A DNA stretch of 23,805 nt, taken from contig JBEHXF010000030.1 of assembly GCA_048498835.1 (NCBI GenBank), positions 1-23,805 on the forward strand. Direction: 5' to 3'. Numbering within the stretch: the first letter of the stretch is position 1; every line of letters starts with the position of its first letter. The DNA comes from Chlamydiota bacterium (GTDB lineage: Bacteria > Chlamydiota > Chlamydiia > Chlamydiales > SM23-39). Under the pieces are notes generated by a model. The model ran no database searches and was not told the DNA's origin. It saw only the letters and a list, made by a program, of their open reading frames with translations. This document shows positions 1 to 8,549 of this stretch, in pieces. The position numbers and the translations under genes were made by a program.

Positions 1-1198
1 CGATCGAGAGGAGATCGCTCACTTGTTGGAAGCTTTGGAGAATGAGGTCGTTGTATTGATAAACCGATTCATAGAAGCGCGCTTTTTTGGCGTCGACGTT
101 TGCGCCGATGGAGCTTGCGGTGTAAATGGGCAAACTGAGCCCAGGGAGGGCGCTGACCATTTTGCTTGCCCAATCGAAGAGCTTGGACCAAGAGCCGCTC
201 TCAAAACCGATGAGGGCCAGAATGTTGACGTTTGGCCAAAAGTCGGCTTTTGCAGCGCCCACCTCGCGAGCTAGCGCATCGAGGCGCCACACTTGTGCGG
301 CAACGTCAGGACGGCGAATGAGAAGCTCGGAGGAAATCGCTTCTGGAATCAGGAGTTGTTCTGGAAGGAGCGGCAAGGGACCGCTCAGATCTAAAGGTTC
401 ATCAGGACCGAGACCGGCCAAGATGTTGACGAGGTGTTTGCCCACTTCGATTTCTTGCTGGATGTTGTAGAGCAGTTTCTCCGCTTCAAAGACATCCTCT
501 TGCGAGAGAAGAGGAGGCAGGAGCGAATAGAGAGCGCTTCGGCGCATTTTATCTTGCAGTTCGAAATAGCTTTTCCGAACTTGGTAGAGCCGCTCGTAGA
601 GCTCTTTGCGGACGAGATTGGTCTTCAGGGCGAGAAATGCTTGCGCAAGGGCGGCGGCTGTGATGAGTTCAGACTGAGCCGTTTCGGCCTCCGCTGCTTT
701 TTGTCGATCCAGAGCCGCGAAATAGAGATTGTGGTATTTGCCCCAGAAATCGAATTCATAGGAAAAAGAAAGGCTGAAATCGATCTGTTGATTATTCAAA
801 TCGATATCGGGGTTGAGGGCGCGATACAAGCCGTTTTTGCTCAAATAGGACCATTGGTCGGTCGCGTTGAAGTAGATGAGCGGCATATACTGAGCTCGGG
901 CGATGACTGCCTCGCTCGAAGCATATTGGATTCGCTCTTGAACAAGCTGAATGGAAGGGTTGTTTTTCAAGGCGGTTTCGATCAAGCGATTGAGCTCGGC
1001 TGAGCCGTATTGCTCCCACCAGTTTTTTGCGGGCCAATCCGCGCGCGCGAAGAGAGCGGACTCGAGAGCTGTTTCCTCGCTGGATTCGATGGAGGGGGTG
1101 GAGAGGATGTATTGGAGCTGCTCTTCTTTTGACATGGAGATCATACAAGACGTGAGAGCGCAAAGAAAAACGAATGCGATACCGCTTCTTACGGACAT
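1..1198 (-). CDS. Efflux transporter outer membrane factor lipoprotein (NodT/OprM/TolC family), 3' end runs off the window
   Basis: Absent from the ORF track because it has no stop in the window. Manual minus-strand translation from ATG 1198: MSVRSGIAFVFLCALTSC (lipobox LTSC)...NWWEQYGSAELNRLIETALKNNPSIQ...ISSELLIRRPDVAAQ...AAKADFWPNVNI, all typical OMF motifs. GAGGAGG-like purine tract upstream. Confidence 0.9.
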   Translation of the reverse strand, partial: MSVRSGIAFVFLCALTSCMISMSKEEQLQYILSTPSIESSEETALESALFARADWPAKNWWEQYGSAELNRLIETALKNNPSIQLVQERIQYASSEAVIARAQYMPLIYFNATDQWSYLSKNGLYRALNPDIDLNNQQIDFSLSFSYEFDFWGKYHNLYFAALDRQKAAEAETAQSELITAAALAQAFLALKTNLVRKELYERLYQVRKSYFELQDKMRRSALYSLLPPLLSQEDVFEAEKLLYNIQQEIEVGKHLVNILAGLGPDEPLDLSGPLPLLPEQLLIPEAISSELLIRRPDVAAQVWRLDALAREVGAAKADFWPNVNILALIGFESGSWSKLFDWASKMVSALPGLSLPIYTASSIGANVDAKKARFYESVYQYNDLILQSFQQVSDLLSI

Positions 1199-1362
1199 AG
1201 AGGACCTCTTCCTCCTCTTAGCCGAACCGCGTTAACGGGTCAAGCGCCGCCTCTGGGTATAAAGGAAATTTTTTAGATTATACTACTAAATGATTCAAGT
1301 TGAGTGAGAAGTGGCTTTGCTTCTGGAAAATGGAGGGAGGGGCTATCATAGAAGGGAAAAAA

Positions 1363-1390
1363 TTGACTTAGGCATGAGCGATTCTATAGT
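1363..1390 (+). promoter_or_regulatory. Putative sigma66/sigma70 promoter for the MFS gene
   Basis: TTGACT (1363-1368), 16 nt spacer, TATAGT (1385-1390); followed by a purine-rich SD-like tract and ATG at 1416. Confidence 0.55.
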
Positions 1391-1415
1391 TGTGAGCGAG
1401 GGAAGAGAGCGGCGG

Positions 1416-2612
1416 ATGAACCGCGTTCTGGTGCTGTCTAACCTGCTAAGCGAACCTCTTTTCACTCTGTATAACTTTTTAGGTTTTATCCTTTATAAAG
1501 ATATGGGCGCCTCTGCGTTGGCTATCGCTTTGATGACGATGCTCAAGCCGGTAGTGACGATTTTATCGTTCTATTGGAGCGCCGGATTGAAGGGGCGGAG
1601 CGCGAGGTTGAGAGCAAATGCTCTCTGGGCTGGATTTTGGATGCGAGCACCCTTCTTGCTTTGTCCGTGGATTGATGATGTTTGGTTTGTGATCGCCGCC
1701 GCAGTCAACTATATGTTCTGGTATCGGGCGGGGATCCCTGCCTGGGTTGAAATTTTGAAGCGGAACATGAAAGAGGGAAAGCGAGAGTGGTCGTTTTCGA
1801 TTAGTTCCGGTTTAGCTTATGCCGAGGGGATTGTTCTCTCGTTGGGAATGGGCGGTTTGTTGGATCGCGAACCAGATCTGTGGCGTTTTTTATTCTTTGG
1901 AGCAGCAGCGATTGGGTTGATTGGTCTGGCGCTTCTCGGCCGTGTTGAAGTGGAGGAAGAAGAGGACGAAGAAGAGCGCCTCTCCTTGAAAGAAGTGATT
2001 GTTCGCCCTTGGAAAGATAGTTGGAAGTTGATGCGTGAAAGGCCTGACTTTTCAAAGTTTCAGTGGGGCTTTATGTTGTGTGGGTTTGGCATCATGATGA
2101 TCCAACCGGCGCTTCCGCTGTTTGCTGTCGACTGGCTCGGAATTAGCTATTTGGAAATGGCGGCGGCGGTTTCGATTGCGAAGGGATTTGGTTTTGCTTT
2201 GAGCTCGCCCCTATGGGCTAGATGGTTTGAGCGCATGTCGATTTTAAAAGTATCGAGCGCGGTGTTTTTATCGGTGGGTTTGTTTCCCTTATTGCTTGCT
2301 TTATCGCCGTTTAATTTGTGGTGGCTCTATGCCGCTTATTTTTGGTACGGCGTAGGACAGGGCGGAAGCCATTTGGTTTGGAATATGTCAGGCCCTGTTT
2401 TTGCTGGAAAAGAAGAGAGCTCCAGATACACAGGAGTCAATGTCGTATTAGCTGGACTGAGGGGCGCAGTCGGTCCAAGTTTGGGCGGTTGGCTTGCGGT
2501 GATATGGGGTCCGATTCAAGTTCTCTGTATGGGTAGCTTATTTTGTTTCTATAGCGCTTTTTGGCTCATTCGGGGTCTGAGTAAAAAAAAGTCTTTGTCT
2601 CTAAACGCCTGA
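1416..2612 (+). CDS. Major facilitator superfamily (MFS) transporter
   Basis: About 400 aa with two hydrophobic halves joined by a charged loop (EEEEDEEE...RERPDFSKF). The ORF track starts at GTG 1311; ATG 1416 is preferred because the putative promoter lies upstream of it. ATG 1374 is an alternative. Confidence 0.85.
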   Translation: MNRVLVLSNLLSEPLFTLYNFLGFILYKDMGASALAIALMTMLKPVVTILSFYWSAGLKGRSARLRANALWAGFWMRAPFLLCPWIDDVWFVIAAAVNYMFWYRAGIPAWVEILKRNMKEGKREWSFSISSGLAYAEGIVLSLGMGGLLDREPDLWRFLFFGAAAIGLIGLALLGRVEVEEEEDEEERLSLKEVIVRPWKDSWKLMRERPDFSKFQWGFMLCGFGIMMIQPALPLFAVDWLGISYLEMAAAVSIAKGFGFALSSPLWARWFERMSILKVSSAVFLSVGLFPLLLALSPFNLWWLYAAYFWYGVGQGGSHLVWNMSGPVFAGKEESSRYTGVNVVLAGLRGAVGPSLGGWLAVIWGPIQVLCMGSLFCFYSAFWLIRGLSKKKSLSLNA

Positions 2613-2644
2613 GTTGAGTATATGAGAGAGAAAGGACTCTCTTC

Positions 2645-3826
2645 ATGCGCTCAATTTGTTCCTCATTCGTTGCGTTATGTTTGACAGCTTCTGTTTTTTC
2701 AGAAGAGATGAAAACGGAACAGAAAGAGGTTGCTGTTTTTGTGAAGCGCTCTGATGCGCTTCCCGCAGAAGTAAAGGATGCTTCAGATCCTTATTTTGAA
2801 GGGTATTTACAGGCGCTAGTGGATATGCATTACGCGGAATATCGCGTAATTGTAATCGTGAAAAATCACAAAGTGTGGCTAGCCTCACTTCCCAGCAACA
2901 AATTGATCGCTAATTCCATTGTCTCCTTTATCAAAGATGTACCGGGCGTAAAAGAAGTACAGGTGATTGAAGGAGTGCCTCCCGAAGATGCGGAGCTGCG
3001 CGATATGTACGCGGCTCGCCCTAAGATCACGGGGGTCTGGTTTCCGCAAATGACGGAACTATTTCAACCATTGGTGGCCGATCCCAGAAACGTAACCTAT
3101 ATCGTTGGTTGGAGAAGTGGAGATCGCGTCTGCGGGTGCAAGGCGATTAACTTTTCGCTTGGCGACGACTTTGCAATTTATCGATGGATAAACGCTCTTT
3201 GGAATGGGGATGTACAGATCGGAATCGAAGCGGGTATTTGGTCTGTCTTCAACATGGATCCCCACCCAAATAAAGATGGCGGAACGGAACTGGTCAACAC
3301 CGATTTTTATGTCGGAATTCCGATCACTTATGCCCGAGGCAAATGGTCTTTCCGTTTGCGTGGTTACCATATTTCTGGCCACTTAGGCGATGAGTATATG
3401 GTGAATCACCCCAATGTAAAACGGGTCAATCCCAGCATCGAAGCGATCGACTTTTATACTTCCTATCAGTTGAGCGATGCCCTCCGTTTTTATGTAGGGC
3501 CAGGCGTATATGTGCACAGCGATCCTACCTTTAAATGGAAGCCGCTTTATATTCAATATGGTAGCGAAGCCCGTTTTGGTGGCCATAAATTTTATTCCCA
3601 CAAACTTCATGGAAATTGCTTCTTTGCGATGCACGTTCGTAACTTAGAGCAGCTTCACTACAATTGGGATATCACCATGAGAAGTGGATATGAGCTGTCA
3701 AAGTTGCAGGGAATCGGTCGAAAGTTTAGAGCTTTTGTGGGCTATCACTACGGCTATTCTCTGGAAGGGCAATTTGCGAAAGAGCGAACCCAGTATTTTG
3801 AGTTCGACCTAAACTACGGTTTCTAG
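2645..3826 (+). CDS. DUF1207 family outer membrane protein (signal peptide, BON-like N-terminal region, C-terminal beta-barrel)
   Basis: Signal-peptide-like N-terminus, motifs FQPLVADPR, LVNTDFYVGIP and HISGHLGDE, alternating aromatic strands, C-terminal Phe (DLNYGF). Family name recalled from chlamydial proteins, not searched. Confidence 0.8.
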   Translation: MRSICSSFVALCLTASVFSEEMKTEQKEVAVFVKRSDALPAEVKDASDPYFEGYLQALVDMHYAEYRVIVIVKNHKVWLASLPSNKLIANSIVSFIKDVPGVKEVQVIEGVPPEDAELRDMYAARPKITGVWFPQMTELFQPLVADPRNVTYIVGWRSGDRVCGCKAINFSLGDDFAIYRWINALWNGDVQIGIEAGIWSVFNMDPHPNKDGGTELVNTDFYVGIPITYARGKWSFRLRGYHISGHLGDEYMVNHPNVKRVNPSIEAIDFYTSYQLSDALRFYVGPGVYVHSDPTFKWKPLYIQYGSEARFGGHKFYSHKLHGNCFFAMHVRNLEQLHYNWDITMRSGYELSKLQGIGRKFRAFVGYHYGYSLEGQFAKERTQYFEFDLNYGF

Positions 3827-3841
3827 TTATCCTCTTCAGAA

Positions 3842-4075
3842 ATGAAGATCGGAAGTTTATTTTGCTGCTGCGCAAAAGCGCCCCCCCCTTCTCCCGCTGT
3901 GGTGAGCCCGGTTCCAGAACCTCCCTCAGACACGGAGATCGCATCCGCTCAATCGACACCCCCTTCAGACTATCGAGAAGATCCATCTGTTGTGCAGGTT
4001 GGTCCTCAAAGAGGGCAAACGATCTTAGCATTTATGCGAGAAATTAATCAAAGCGCGCAAAAACCGTCTTCGTAG
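3842..4075 (+). CDS. Small hypothetical protein with N-terminal Cys string and Pro/Ser-rich body
   Basis: 77 aa ATG ORF filling the gap after DUF1207: MKIGSLFCCCAKAPPPSP... Overlaps the convergent LOG gene end by 28 nt. No clear SD. Confidence 0.5.
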   Translation: MKIGSLFCCCAKAPPPSPAVVSPVPEPPSDTEIASAQSTPPSDYREDPSVVQVGPQRGQTILAFMREINQSAQKPSS

Positions 4076-6165
4076 ATCGGACCATCTTTACCGATCGGCA
4101 AGCGGTTTTCAAAGAATTTACGCAAAACAGAGAGTCCTTGTTCGGCTGTCTGGACGCAATAGAAGCAATTCGACACCCATTCTGAACCTTTGATGGTCCC
4201 TGTTTCGCGATTGAGTCGAAAGCGGGCGCTCACTTTTTGTTTCCAATAATCGACATCGCCAAAAAGGAGCACAGGATTAGGAGGAGCGCTTCCCGTTTTG
4301 CGTCGCACTTCTTCAAGAGCATATTCGAAGTCCATTCCGATGCCGCCTGGCAAAAAGATCGGGATATCGAGAAAGAATTCCGATTGTCGTTCCACGAGTC
4401 TATCGAGTCGGTAGGTCATTTTTGCGTCGATATAGGGATTTTGTTTTTGTTCGTTCACTACGGCTTTGTCCTTCGCTCGGAAATCGACGATGTTAGCGCA
4501 AGAGAGTATGCCGACGTCGCGTGCAACTCGGTTGCCAACTTCCATCGCTCCAGGGCCACCGCCCGTGAGAAGAGCGAGGGGCGTTTCGGCTGAAAGGAGC
4601 GGATGATCGACCGTTTTCCGCAATTCTAAGACGCCGCGGAGAAGATCGCGGAGTTCTTTCTCAAAAGATCCCTCTAACAGGTTGGAGCCGTAGACGCCAA
4701 ATACGGTAGAGCGAAGAAACGTGTCGACGAGTGGCAGCGGGACAAACATGCCTGTCTCTTTTTCAGGGCGAAGTACATATTGCAGAACTTTGCCTGAGAT
4801 CTGATCGACCCAATAGACAGGAATGCCGAATTTCGCGAGATCGATGAGCGTAGAGCGGTCCTCGTGTGAGAAATATTCGCCGTAAGAGCAGGAGGGAAAC
4901 TGAAAGTAGATCCGCTTGAGGCAATGCGTGATGTGATGAGAGAGGAGCATTCGCTTAAGGAGGGGAGTTGGGAAGTGGCGAGAGAGTAAAATTCCCTGAG
5001 ACGTGATTTGTCCTTCCTCAATAGCGCGCAAGAAGGGATATTGAGGTTGCTGTTCGATGTACTTTTCGACATAGAAAGCTTGCCTTGATGGGTGAGTGAG
5101 GCCAGGAAAACTGTGTTTGTGGAGATCGCGTACGACCCAGTCTTCTGCGGTGAGATTTTTTAGCTGCGATCCTTTGACGACAAAGACGGAAGCGAGAAGA
5201 TTGTGCGGCTGTGGCGCTGTGGCGAATGCGTCGAAGAGCGCTTTTGGATTTTCCAACGAAGCGAGAAGTTGATCGCGGTCCGAGAAGAAGACGTGTTCTC
5301 GGTACGGCTCGAGTGTGTAGAATTCGAGCGGAATATCGTTGAGAAGTTGATTAGACGAGCCGTAGAGTTCGTAAATATCGCCTGATGCGTAGGTGTCGGG
5401 CTGTAGGACAGAGGCGCTAGTATGGTGGTAGCCTTGAGGTAGGAGGGAATCAACAACTCGGCCATAAACGGTCCGAATATGCAATTGCGAAGTGCGTACG
5501 AGGAGGAGTTCTTTGGGGTGGACGATGCGAGGAACCCCCTCTTCCCAGCGGTGATGAAGTTGAAGGAGTTGACGAGTTTGAGGAAGATTTTGAATGAGGG
5601 CTGCTGCAAGTGTGGGCAAGAAGCCGTAAACGGAGATGTCGTAAGTGACAACGCCATCTTGGAGGGACAAGAAAGCAACGGTTCGCCCTTCGATTTTTTC
5701 TAAGATGAGTTTGCCACTTCCTTCAAGACCGCCGAGCGAGAGAAGGGGGCGCCCTTTTCGATCGGAGCGTCCAAACATCCGCATGAGATAGTCGGGATCG
5801 CGCACACGGCGCCGATCATCTGCGGCGAAGAGTTTGCCGATATACGAGCCCACTTGAATCAGCTCAAGCATGGCGCTGGCCAGATCGCCAATCGGAATTA
5901 ACTCCACTTCTAATCTCACGGTGCCGTTTCGTTTATCCCATTGATAAGACTTTCCTACTCCATTAAGGCCGAGCTGGGCGAGTGTGCTCTTGATATTGAA
6001 GGAGACGAGGTGGGGATCGATTTCATAACCGACAAAATGGGGCGAAATCCCCTCAATTAAAACGGTAGCGAGCTTTCTTTTGCCGCTTAAGGGTTTTATT
6101 GAAGTGATTTTACCGTCTGGCGTTACGAGGTCGAAATGGCCGTAGGCTGCTAGGTAGCTCTCCAT
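4048..6165 (-). CDS. Large LOG/SLOG-family protein (C-terminal nucleotide phosphoribohydrolase-like domain, long uncharacterised N-terminal region)
   Basis: 705 aa. C-terminal part has VFGVYGS, LLTGGGPGAMEVGNRVA and PGGIGMDFE (LOG PGGxGTxxE-like), then PVLLFGDVDYWK. Confidence 0.8.
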   Translation of the reverse strand: MESYLAAYGHFDLVTPDGKITSIKPLSGKRKLATVLIEGISPHFVGYEIDPHLVSFNIKSTLAQLGLNGVGKSYQWDKRNGTVRLEVELIPIGDLASAMLELIQVGSYIGKLFAADDRRRVRDPDYLMRMFGRSDRKGRPLLSLGGLEGSGKLILEKIEGRTVAFLSLQDGVVTYDISVYGFLPTLAAALIQNLPQTRQLLQLHHRWEEGVPRIVHPKELLLVRTSQLHIRTVYGRVVDSLLPQGYHHTSASVLQPDTYASGDIYELYGSSNQLLNDIPLEFYTLEPYREHVFFSDRDQLLASLENPKALFDAFATAPQPHNLLASVFVVKGSQLKNLTAEDWVVRDLHKHSFPGLTHPSRQAFYVEKYIEQQPQYPFLRAIEEGQITSQGILLSRHFPTPLLKRMLLSHHITHCLKRIYFQFPSCSYGEYFSHEDRSTLIDLAKFGIPVYWVDQISGKVLQYVLRPEKETGMFVPLPLVDTFLRSTVFGVYGSNLLEGSFEKELRDLLRGVLELRKTVDHPLLSAETPLALLTGGGPGAMEVGNRVARDVGILSCANIVDFRAKDKAVVNEQKQNPYIDAKMTYRLDRLVERQSEFFLDIPIFLPGGIGMDFEYALEEVRRKTGSAPPNPVLLFGDVDYWKQKVSARFRLNRETGTIKGSEWVSNCFYCVQTAEQGLSVLRKFFENRLPIGKDGPIYEDGFCAL

Positions 6166-6293
6166 AAGTGCACTCTAACAAATCCTTGGATTTTAGCCTA
6201 AATAACCTGAAAAATCAGGATGGGAATCTCAATAACGTTAATTTTATTAAAACTATAATGTGATTATTTTTGATGTTTATAATATTTTTCATT

Positions 6294-6302
6294 TGTTATA
6301 AT
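6294..6302 (+). promoter_or_regulatory. Extended -10 promoter element in AT-rich divergent intergenic region
   Basis: TGTTATAAT (TGnTATAAT) ending 36 nt before ATG 6339; two more TATAAT at 6254 and 6278. Confidence 0.4.
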
Positions 6303-6338
6303 TTATTTTAACAAATTATTTTAAAATGGAACAATAGA

Positions 6339-7121
6339 ATGCCTGTTGCCTGTATCCCGAAAAATTCTCTCATAGAAATTGAATTGCCGGATGATGATAC
6401 CCTTATTTTAGATCCTGCTCATCTAGTCAATGGGAGGCAGCTCTCTGTTGGCGATGAAGCGAGGTTTACTCCGGAGTCGAGATTGGCCGTTCCATTTGAT
6501 CGTTATTTTGAAGGGGGCTGGGATGCTGCTTCTCGAGCGGCTCTCAAAGTGAAAAAGGTCTTTGCAGAACGAGAGCCATCTTTTCTCTTTGTCATTGAAA
6601 CGCCTCACGGGCTATCTACTTGGAATTCTCAATATTTTCGCGAAAGAGATTTTGCTCAAGTGGGCGATCAGGTGGAATTTCAAGCCCATCACATTGAGTT
6701 GTTGAGTCAAGGACAGATCAATCGATTAACAGTCTCTGAAGATAGGCAAGAAATTTATGACACCAGCTACAGAGTCTGCCAGATCATCCAAATCGGTCGA
6801 GAAATTGAGCGGCCTCCTGTTGAAGTGGAAAAAGTTTATCCGCTTGAAAGACACATCCGAGGCGTTGGCTATGTCGTTTATAGACCCGCTTGTGAAAATG
6901 CGGAACGATTTAATCCTTTGTCTATCGTTTTGGCAAAGAAAAACAATCTAATTCTAGAACGAGAAGAACAGGCTAAAAAGAGTGTTTATCCTTTAGAAAA
7001 GCATTGGACGCGGTTTGGCTGTGTAGTTTATAGACCACCAAGCCCCGCGAAAGAAGCAGATCATTTAGCGGCTGTTTTAGAGCGAAGAGAAAATCTCCTG
7101 CATGAGCTCACTTCTGGATGA
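6339..7121 (+). CDS. Hypothetical protein with internal repeats
   Basis: 260 aa ATG ORF filling the gap between LOG and YbhB genes; two 50-aa C-terminal repeats. Confidence 0.75.
   Translation: MPVACIPKNSLIEIELPDDDTLILDPAHLVNGRQLSVGDEARFTPESRLAVPFDRYFEGGWDAASRAALKVKKVFAEREPSFLFVIETPHGLSTWNSQYFRERDFAQVGDQVEFQAHHIELLSQGQINRLTVSEDRQEIYDTSYRVCQIIQIGREIERPPVEVEKVYPLERHIRGVGYVVYRPACENAERFNPLSIVLAKKNNLILEREEQAKKSVYPLEKHWTRFGCVVYRPPSPAKEADHLAAVLERRENLLHELTSG
6834..7109 (+). repeat. Diverged in-frame tandem duplication, 150 bp period
   Basis: GTTTATCC...TTGGCT.TGT.GTTTATAGACC starts at 6834 and 6984. Protein VYPLERH...GYVVYRP...L..VL....NL versus VYPLEKH...GCVVYRP...L..VL....NL. Confidence 0.8.
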
Positions 7122-7150
7122 GATTTTTTTAACTAGCTCGTCCTCAAATT

Positions 7151-7612
7151 TTAATATCCTTTCCCTTTTTCATAACGACACATGAGTTGTGCGGTTTCGA
7201 GAACGTGTCCTTGCATGGCTTGCTCGACTTGTTTTTTTGTTGCGCCTGCTGGAAGGTCAAGGAGGGTGTCGAGGGCGTAGAGTTTGAAAAAATAGCGGTG
7301 TTCTCGATCGGGCGGACAAGGTCCTGTGTAGCGGCTTTGCCCGCTGGTATTTTTTCCTTGAATGCCCGGCGGGCGCGTATTTTCTGCAAACGCTTGAATG
7401 GTTGGTGGGATATTGTAGACCACCCAATGATCGTACATGCGATCCGGGCGAACGGAGAGGGGAACGTCTGGATCATCCATGAGTAAAACGAGTGATTTAG
7501 CGGTGGCTGGTACAGCTTGAAAGGAAAGTGGGGGAGTGACGTTTTCCCCTTCACAAGTGTATTTGGAAGGGATAATCGATCCTTCAGAAAAAGCTCTGCT
7601 CGTTATTTTCAT
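7151..7612 (-). CDS. YbhB/YbcL family Raf kinase inhibitor-like (PEBP) protein
   Basis: IPSKYTCEGENVTPPL, MDDPD, HWVVYNIP, YTGPCPP, HRYFFKLYALD; SD AAGGAG upstream. Confidence 0.95.
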   Translation of the reverse strand: MKITSRAFSEGSIIPSKYTCEGENVTPPLSFQAVPATAKSLVLLMDDPDVPLSVRPDRMYDHWVVYNIPPTIQAFAENTRPPGIQGKNTSGQSRYTGPCPPDREHRYFFKLYALDTLLDLPAGATKKQVEQAMQGHVLETAQLMCRYEKGKGY

Positions 7613-7623
7613 GTGATCTCTCC

Positions 7624-7652
7624 TTGAGAGTAATTGATCTCCAGGATAGAAT
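7624..7652 (+). promoter_or_regulatory. Putative sigma66 promoter for MYG1-HIT operon
   Basis: TTGAGA (7624-7629), 17 nt spacer, TAGAAT (7647-7652). Confidence 0.55.
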
Positions 7653-7679
7653 CTACCCGTTTAGGTTCACAAGAAAATT

Positions 7680-8549
7680 ATGCGAATACCCCGCAGCTTC
7701 GGCACACACGATGGTTCTTTTCACGCCGACGAAGTGACGGCCTGCTCACTTCTTTTGTTATTTGATAAGATCGACCGCGATAAAATTCACCGCACGCGAG
7801 ATCCCGCTCTGCTGGAAACATGCGAATTTGTGTGCGATGTAGGCGGAATCTATGATCCTTTGCAAAAGAGATTTGATCACCATCAGGCTGATTATCGGGG
7901 CGCAATGAGCTCGGCGGGTATGGTTCTTCTTTACTTGAAAGAGATGGCATTTCTCGACGCTCATTCTTACGATCATTTGAATAAGTCGCTGGTGATGGGT
8001 GTCGATGCGCACGACAACGGTGTTGCAAGGTTAGAGATCGGCACGAGTAGCTTTTCGCAAGTGGTCTCCAATTTCTTGCCGATCGAATACGATGTGAGCC
8101 CAGAAGTGATGAAAGAGGCTTTTTTTCGCGCAGTCGATTTTGTGCTCGGTCATTTAGAAAGACTTCGAGCGAGAATGGTCTATACGCATGCTTGCCAAGC
8201 CTCTGTTCGGCAGAAAATGGGCGAGGGTGGTCAGGCCATGATCTTTGAAGAGTCGCTGCCTTGGATGGATAATTTCTTCGAGCTGGGGGGAGAGTTTCAC
8301 CCGGCTCAATTCGTGATCATGCCTGCTGGAAATCATTGGAAATTACGCGGTATTCCGCCGAGTATGAATGAGCGGATGAAGGTACGTAAACCACTGCCTG
8401 CGAATTGGGCTGGTTTGCATGAAGAAGATCTGAAGCGTGTATCTGGAATACCGGGTGCTATTTTCTGTCACAAAGGGCGCTTTATTTCCATTTGGGAGAC
8501 CAAGGCTGATGCGTTAAAAGCTCTGCACATTGCATTGAAAGGTTCGTGA
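7680..8549 (+). CDS. MYG1 family metal-dependent hydrolase/exonuclease (DHH-like)
   Basis: GTHDGSFHADE, RTRD, DVGG, FDHHQ, SSAG, DAHDNG, FCHKGRF motifs. Confidence 0.93.
   Translation: MRIPRSFGTHDGSFHADEVTACSLLLLFDKIDRDKIHRTRDPALLETCEFVCDVGGIYDPLQKRFDHHQADYRGAMSSAGMVLLYLKEMAFLDAHSYDHLNKSLVMGVDAHDNGVARLEIGTSSFSQVVSNFLPIEYDVSPEVMKEAFFRAVDFVLGHLERLRARMVYTHACQASVRQKMGEGGQAMIFEESLPWMDNFFELGGEFHPAQFVIMPAGNHWKLRGIPPSMNERMKVRKPLPANWAGLHEEDLKRVSGIPGAIFCHKGRFISIWETKADALKALHIALKGS

Noticed and set aside
23..1235. Plus-strand ORFs 23-274, 126-470, 434-1003, 951-1235
   Set aside because: Antisense to the OMF efflux gene, which has clear family motifs.
1311..1415. N-terminal extensions of ORF-track calls (MFS; likewise sufE 14349, infA 14245, nusG 16364, rplJ 18113)
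   Set aside because: Longest-ORF artefacts; downstream ATGs fit promoter, SD or family length better.
3862..4047. Alternative 61 aa TTG ORF ending exactly beside the LOG stop
   Set aside because: TTG start without SD and an Arg/Ser-rich off-frame composition; the ATG frame is preferred, though not proven.
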